DNA of 64,000 nucleotides from Bdellovibrionales bacterium (GTDB lineage Bacteria; Pseudomonadota; Alphaproteobacteria; JAIXQD01): NCBI GenBank assembly GCA_050248995.1, contig JBFWRI010000003.1, positions 28,619 to 92,618 of the forward strand, read 5' to 3'. Shown piece by piece: positions 63,648 to 64,000 of this stretch (position 1 is its first letter; each line of letters starts with the position of its first letter). The notes under the pieces were generated by a model. It saw only the letters and a program-made list of their open reading frames with translations, ran no database searches and was not told where the DNA came from. The position numbers and the translations under genes were made by a program.

Positions 63648-64000
63648 TCGCCACCGCCGCGCGGCCCAACCGGTCTGCCTATCAACGCATCCATGCCATT
63701 ATCAGGGCCATAATCAAGAGACTCGTCTGGCAACTGTGTTGGTGACTGCGGATTTGCCTGCGGCCCCAATGGCGCACCAGCAGGGTACTGCCGGAGATAC
63801 TGGTTATAATTATAGTCTGAAGCCGCCTGGCTGGCTTGCGACCCCAAGTTGTTCAGATTAACGTTCAGGCCTTCAACCGGGCTGCCATACACATCGCCCG
63901 TCAGCAGGTCGACCGACCAGCCATCACACTGAAGCGCGTTAAGGTTGATATCGAAGTTGAACGGATCGAAACCGCCACCGCTTGGTATACACATTAGATT
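63644..64000 (-). CDS. hypothetical protein, partial (N-terminus beyond window end)
   Basis: Open minus-strand frame to the window edge, ending ...GRPVGPRGGGE. Translationally coupled to the downstream gene. Confidence 0.4.
   Translation of the reverse strand, partial: NLMCIPSGGGFDPFNFDINLNALQCDGWSVDLLTGDVYGSPVEGLNVNLNNLGSQASQAASDYNYNQYLRQYPAGAPLGPQANPQSPTQLPDESLDYGPDNGMDALIGRPVGPRGGGE

Noticed and set aside
44000-64000. Numerous plus-strand ORFs of 60-250 aa across the pilus/T4SS-like cluster (e.g. 44971..45405, 49618..50202, 51595..51993, 55968..56324, 63066..63713)
   Set aside because: All lie antisense to long, motif-bearing minus-strand genes and have antisense-type composition.
1-64000. 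Searched by eye for CRISPR arrays, rRNA genes, transposase/integrase genes and IS inverted repeats
   Set aside because: None found. The only repeats are the two copies of the approximately 85-nt element and the intragenic repeats of the T1SS cargo.

Overview
A 64-kb stretch of a high-GC bacterial chromosome that looks alphaproteobacterial. The evidence for that assignment is two GTTC-N7-GTTC LexA-type boxes upstream of recA, a short FtsY without an A-domain, a DUF4167 protein, and mtaB-ftsY and prfA-prmC synteny. About the first 43 kb is mostly core housekeeping: polA, proS, secA, recA, amn, ftsY, mtaB, prmC, prfA, cobS, gap, a parvulin PPIase, HIT, NUDIX and PAP2 genes, a nucleoside hydrolase, an M16 peptidase, plus tRNA-Arg(CCG) and tRNA-Gln(UUG). 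Four things in that part stand out. First, an AT-rich orphan gene sits directly against tRNA-Arg. Second, a translationally coupled pair of unknown genes (the first with an atypical-kinase-like fold) lies just upstream of an orphan UmuC-like Y-family polymerase. Third, there is a complete type I secretion operon ordered cargo -> ABC -> ABC -> HlyD. Its two half-transporters have complementary motif degeneracies, which predicts an asymmetric heterodimer with one active ATP site. Its cargo is a Cys-free, highly acidic protein of about 675 aa with tandem D-rich repeats of roughly 20 aa and a Gly-rich C-terminus. Fourth, an RlmN/Cfr-family radical-SAM paralog lacks both the N-terminal RNA-binding domain and the resolving cysteine. 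An approximately 85-nt sequence occurs twice as direct repeats, flanking a two-gene cassette next to an AT-rich non-coding region. From about 44.0 kb to the window edge, every gene is on the minus strand and forms a dense cluster for a type IVb (R64/PAPI-1 thin-pilus-like) pilus. The pilus genes are a prepilin with a 15-residue leader, a PilC/GspF platform, a GspE-family ATPase, a PilO-like gene, a lipoprotein secretin and a TcpQ-like gene. They are joined to genes resembling the Dot/Icm (I-type T4SS) DotD-DotC-DotB triplet, a DsbC-like oxidoreductase, a lytic transglycosylase and several secreted proteins of unknown function. The most unusual gene in the cluster is a minor pilin whose C-terminus is a phage tail-fibre/endosialidase S74 intramolecular-chaperone autoproteolysis domain, preceded by periodic beta-helix-like repeats. 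A small Cys-rich secreted protein is translationally coupled to it. The cluster appears lower in GC than the core genes by eye and runs off the window end, so it may be part of an integrative element. All calls rest on reading motifs in the translations; no database searches were possible.
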